Source: Eledone cirrhosa
Taxonomy: Eukaryota
Length of the DNA: 64,000 nucleotides
Reading direction: 5' to 3'
Assembly (NCBI GenBank): GCA_964016885.1
Contig: OZ024742.1
Coordinates: 208,196,001 to 208,260,000 of the forward strand
Shown here: one piece after another, positions 60,574 to 64,000 of the stretch
How the letters are laid out: every line of letters starts with the position of its first letter
Numbering within the stretch: position 1 is the first letter of the stretch
The notes under the pieces: model-generated
The model's input: the letters and a program-made list of their open reading frames with translations, nothing else
Told to the model about the DNA's origin: nothing
Databases searched by the model: none
Made by a program: the position numbers and the translations under genes

Positions 60574-62560
60574 TTACCTTACTTCTCGTAGGGGAAGGAC
60601 GGCTTTTCCATCCTTTTCACTGCTTGTGGCCTCCTCAGGAAGGATGTCCTTATAAATCCTCCTGGAGAGTGCTTGTCGGAAGTCTCCGATGTCTTTGGGG
60701 AATTTTTGTTTTAGTGTCATGTACGTTTTCTGTGTGATGCGAGTGATTTGTATGTGTGGAGGTGGTGTGAATTGTGGGGTTGTTGTGTAGTCTTTTTCTG
60801 TGATGCTGGTGTTGTGTTGGATGTAGTGTAATAATTGCTTGTTGTTCAAATTTAATGCTGTGTAGTGTGTATCGTTTTGGTTGTTTTGTTTTGTTTGCGT
60901 TTGTTGTGGGTTTGTTTCTGTTTCGCATTTTGGTGACTTTTGTGGTGTAGGTGATGGTGGTGCTGGGGATAATGATGGTGATGGTGTTGGTGTTTGGGTT
61001 GATGGGGTTGGTGATGCTGGTGTCGATGGTGGCATATCTGTCCTAAATTTTTTGTTTCTTAGTTTATTTGTTTCCCTCTGTATTTTGTTTTTGTAGGGGG
61101 AAGGAAGAGAATTTTTTCTTTTTTGGTTTCTTTTTTTTTTCCGGATATCGTTTCCCACTCCTCGTCGTCACAATCTGTCTCCAGTTGTGATAGGCCGGGG
61201 AGTGGAAAATCCTCCACAGCCGTTAGTTTTGGTTGTGGTGTGGTGGATGGTGTAGGCGCTGGTGCTAGTTCTGAAGCGTTGGGTGGTGGTGGTGTTGGTT
61301 TTGCTGGTGGTGGTAGTGGTGTTGGTTTTGTTACTGTTGCTGGGGTTGTTGCTGTTATAGTTGCTTCTGTTGTTGCTGCTACAGTTGTTGCTGCCATCTC
61401 TGCTACTGGTGGTGTTGATGGTTGTGTCACTGGGGTGGGTAGGAGAGGTGGCCTCAACCTTTTAGCCTGAGGGCAGAAAGCCCTTAGGTGGGTTCCTTCA
61501 CCACAAACGACACACCTAGGTCTTCTGCCCTCGACAATTACAGTGAGGTGGCTGCCGTCAGTGAGGTCTATTACCTCTGGGATCTCCTCAATGCTTTTTT
61601 GGTCCGCTTGGATCAGGAGCTCCATCCCAGATCCGGACCAGTTTTCCTGCGTTTCTTTTGCTACTGCTATTATCTTCGTGTTGGCTTCGATGCCGGCGAG
61701 GACAGCCGCTATTAGCCAGGGAATTTCGATGGCCGGTGGAACGTGGGTCACCCTGATCTTTACGAGTCTCTGGCCACAATAGCTTGGGACGAATGTGAGG
61801 TCGTCACTTTTTAATGGGGCCATGGAGTGTTGTCTAGCCTCCTCTGGTGTTTCAAAGAACACATCCACGGTTCCATACTTTTGCCCACGTCTGATGTGGG
61901 TTTTTCTTGCCCACACATGTCCCAAACCTTTTTGGATTTGGGACTCGGATGCCCGTTCCACTCGGCGCGATTTTACATTTATTGTTCTATACGACACGGT
62001 GCACAGGCGCCGATGCTCCATTTTATTAGGTGGGGGTGAGGCTGACCCTGTACCCATCTTTCTTTACCATTTGTTTGGCATTTTCTAAATCTTCTTGAGT
62101 TACCGTGAACGCTTCGAATTGTTTTGCTACGATGGCGAAACTGAGGGTCGGTTTTATACTGTCATTGTTGTTGTTGTTGCTATCGTTAATATTAATTTTA
62201 GTTTCAGTTGTGGTGGTGGTGACGTCAGTCGTCTTTGGTGGGGAAGAGTCCATTTTGCTTGATTTCATTTCGACGTCACGAGTTAATTTATTTTTTTCTT
62301 CTTTTGTTTCTGTTGTCGCGGTGGTGGTGGTGGTGGTGGTTGTCGCGGTGGTGGTGGTGGTGGAGGGTTTAACACCTGCAGTCATTGGTAATGGCGGGAA
62401 ATGAATGTCTGCCTGAGACAAATTTAAAATATTGCTACTGCTTATATTTTGTTTTTTTTGTGTTGGCAAACGTAGTAACATTTACAATGGTGGTGTCGGT
62501 GTGAGGTGTAATTTTGTGAGGAAGGCTTTCAGCTGCTTCGTGCACAGGGGAATTAGCCAT
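60574..62560 (-). pseudogene. Tx1 copy C ORF1, about three frameshifts
   Basis: ATG at 62560. Pieces 62026-62481, 61059-62057 (CVVCGEGTHLRAFC knuckle) and 60574-61158. Two breaks lie near A-runs. Confidence 0.85.
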
Positions 62561-62831
62561 TTTTTTTTCAAAGAAATTTTTGGTTAATAATAAAAGTTAA
62601 AATTTTGGGCACAAGGTCCCAATCTTTTTGGGTGTCCTTTTCGGAAAACAATGTATGTGTGCTTATAAACAGTTTACAATAACATTTTCCATAAATGGCA
62701 ATTTTTAAACAAACGGAAATAACAAACCTTTGCGGAGCTCACGATAATACGATTTCCTACGTAGGTCGCCAATAATAATAATAATAATAATAATAATAGT
62801 AATAAATTGAAAATATATCACTATAACCATC

Positions 62832-62912
<81 letters not shown>

Positions 62913-62915
<3 letters not shown>

Positions 62916-63268
62916 TACCCTACTTACCCAGCTTCGCCCGGGTAAACAGATGATAAGAGAAGACAGGTAAAAGAGAAAATGACTGTATTGGATGTTTGTC
63001 TGGTTACAGTATGAGGCGAGTCCGTGGTGTCTGTGTGATATAAAAAAGAGTAAAAAAATATTCCAGATATACCAGATTCTTCCTTGTACCGTTTGTGCAT
63101 AGTATATGAACAATTCTAGGTGCTCCCACCTAGAATAGTGACCTCTATGAGATGGTTCATCTTCTGCTTGACTGTAAAATGTGTATCATTGCATAGACGT
63201 GGTTGTTCTATGTTTCTCAAAAGGATGAGGGAAGTTCCAATCTTTTATATGTAGATATAGATATAGAT
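62913..63268 (+). mobile_element. Possible non-autonomous Helitron/Helentron-like element
   Basis: Starts TACTA..TTACCCAGCTTCGCCCGGGTAA (subterminal hairpin) and ends TTTTATATGTAGATATAGAT. Resemblance only. Confidence 0.35.
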
Positions 63269-63647
63269 AATTAATATAAAAGATGTCTGTCAATGTAAAA
63301 AAAGGTCCCTATTTACTTGAAATTAAGCCAAATTAATATGGATATGGATAATATGCTTATCTATAAGTGGTCAGCTATAATAATAAAACAACAAATTATA
63401 TGACACACAAATTTATTCAGTAATTTCCAGGCTCTTAGCCACTGAGTAATAGACAGTCAATGTTGCCCAGAGTTCAACTCGGGGAGGTGGCCTAGTTTGA
63501 ACTCCAAATGGCGGATCCTTCTACTTCGAAAATAGAATCGATTTTCAATATTACTTTAGCCCTGGCCGGCCATAGGCACCAAACGTTTTTCCAGACTCAG
63601 CATATGATGAGGTTTTATTACCACCGCTATCAGAAGCGATAAATTTG

Positions 63648-63975
63648 AAGGCAATTTCTACCAATACTTGTTGGTTTTTATTGCTCATTATCGACAATAA
63701 ATGACATTGAACAGAAATGATAACTCTGGCAAAGCTCACAATACTGATCAAAGGACACCAATGTCTGAATCAACTACGTCGAATATTCATCGCAGTAAAG
63801 GCAATTTCTACCAATACTTGTTGGTATTTATTGCGCAACATAGCAGTGAAAGCAATTTTTACCAATACTTGTTTGTTTTTATTGACATTGAACATAAATG
63901 ATAACTCTGTCAAAGCTCACAATACTGATCAAAGGACACCAATGTCCGAATCATTTACATCGCTTATTGATCGCT
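63648..63975. repeat. Local tandem duplication with a nested subrepeat
   Basis: GCAATTTYTACCAATACTTGTT occurs three times. TGACATTGAACA..CAAAGCTCACAATACTGATCAAAGGACACCAATGTC occurs twice. Confidence 0.85.
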
Positions 63976-64000
63976 TAAAAATGTGCATACATCAGCTCAA

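Larger units (their letters stand above)
56874..62770 (-). mobile_element. Tx1-clade LINE, copy C, full length
   Basis: 5'UTR, ORF1, 34-nt spacer, intact ORF2 and a 3'UTR like copy B. (ATT)n on both sides of the sense strand. Confidence 0.97.

Overview
Repeat-saturated, AT-rich animal genomic DNA, probably octopus/cephalopod (inferred from the tRNA-headed SINE and the dense (TA)n, (CATA)n and (ATT)n tracts). No host gene is confidently identifiable. The window is dominated by non-LTR retrotransposons that sort by microsatellite type. (1) (ATT/TAA)n hubs at 0.7-14.5 kb and 54.9-62.8 kb hold three Tx1-clade LINEs, three R4/Dong-like RLE fragments in the opposite polarity, and a SINE whose 3' end resembles the Tx1 3' end. 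One Tx1 copy has an intact ORF1 and another an intact 1139-aa ORF2. (2) A (CATA)n hub at 39.5-44.5 kb holds another RLE family and an RTE-derived non-autonomous element. (3) Near (TA)n tracts lie Penelope/retrozyme-like remnants with at least five type-I hammerhead ribozyme motifs and long inverted repeats. Main candidates for novelty: an ATT-targeting Tx1 LINE/SINE pair; divergent ORF1 modules on a near-identical ORF2; a possible ~52-nt intron that would fuse ORF1 to ORF2 in frame; a (CATA)n-targeting RLE family; and twin-priming-type 5' inversions in RTE elements. All alignments and folds were done by eye, and boundaries of degenerate elements are approximate.
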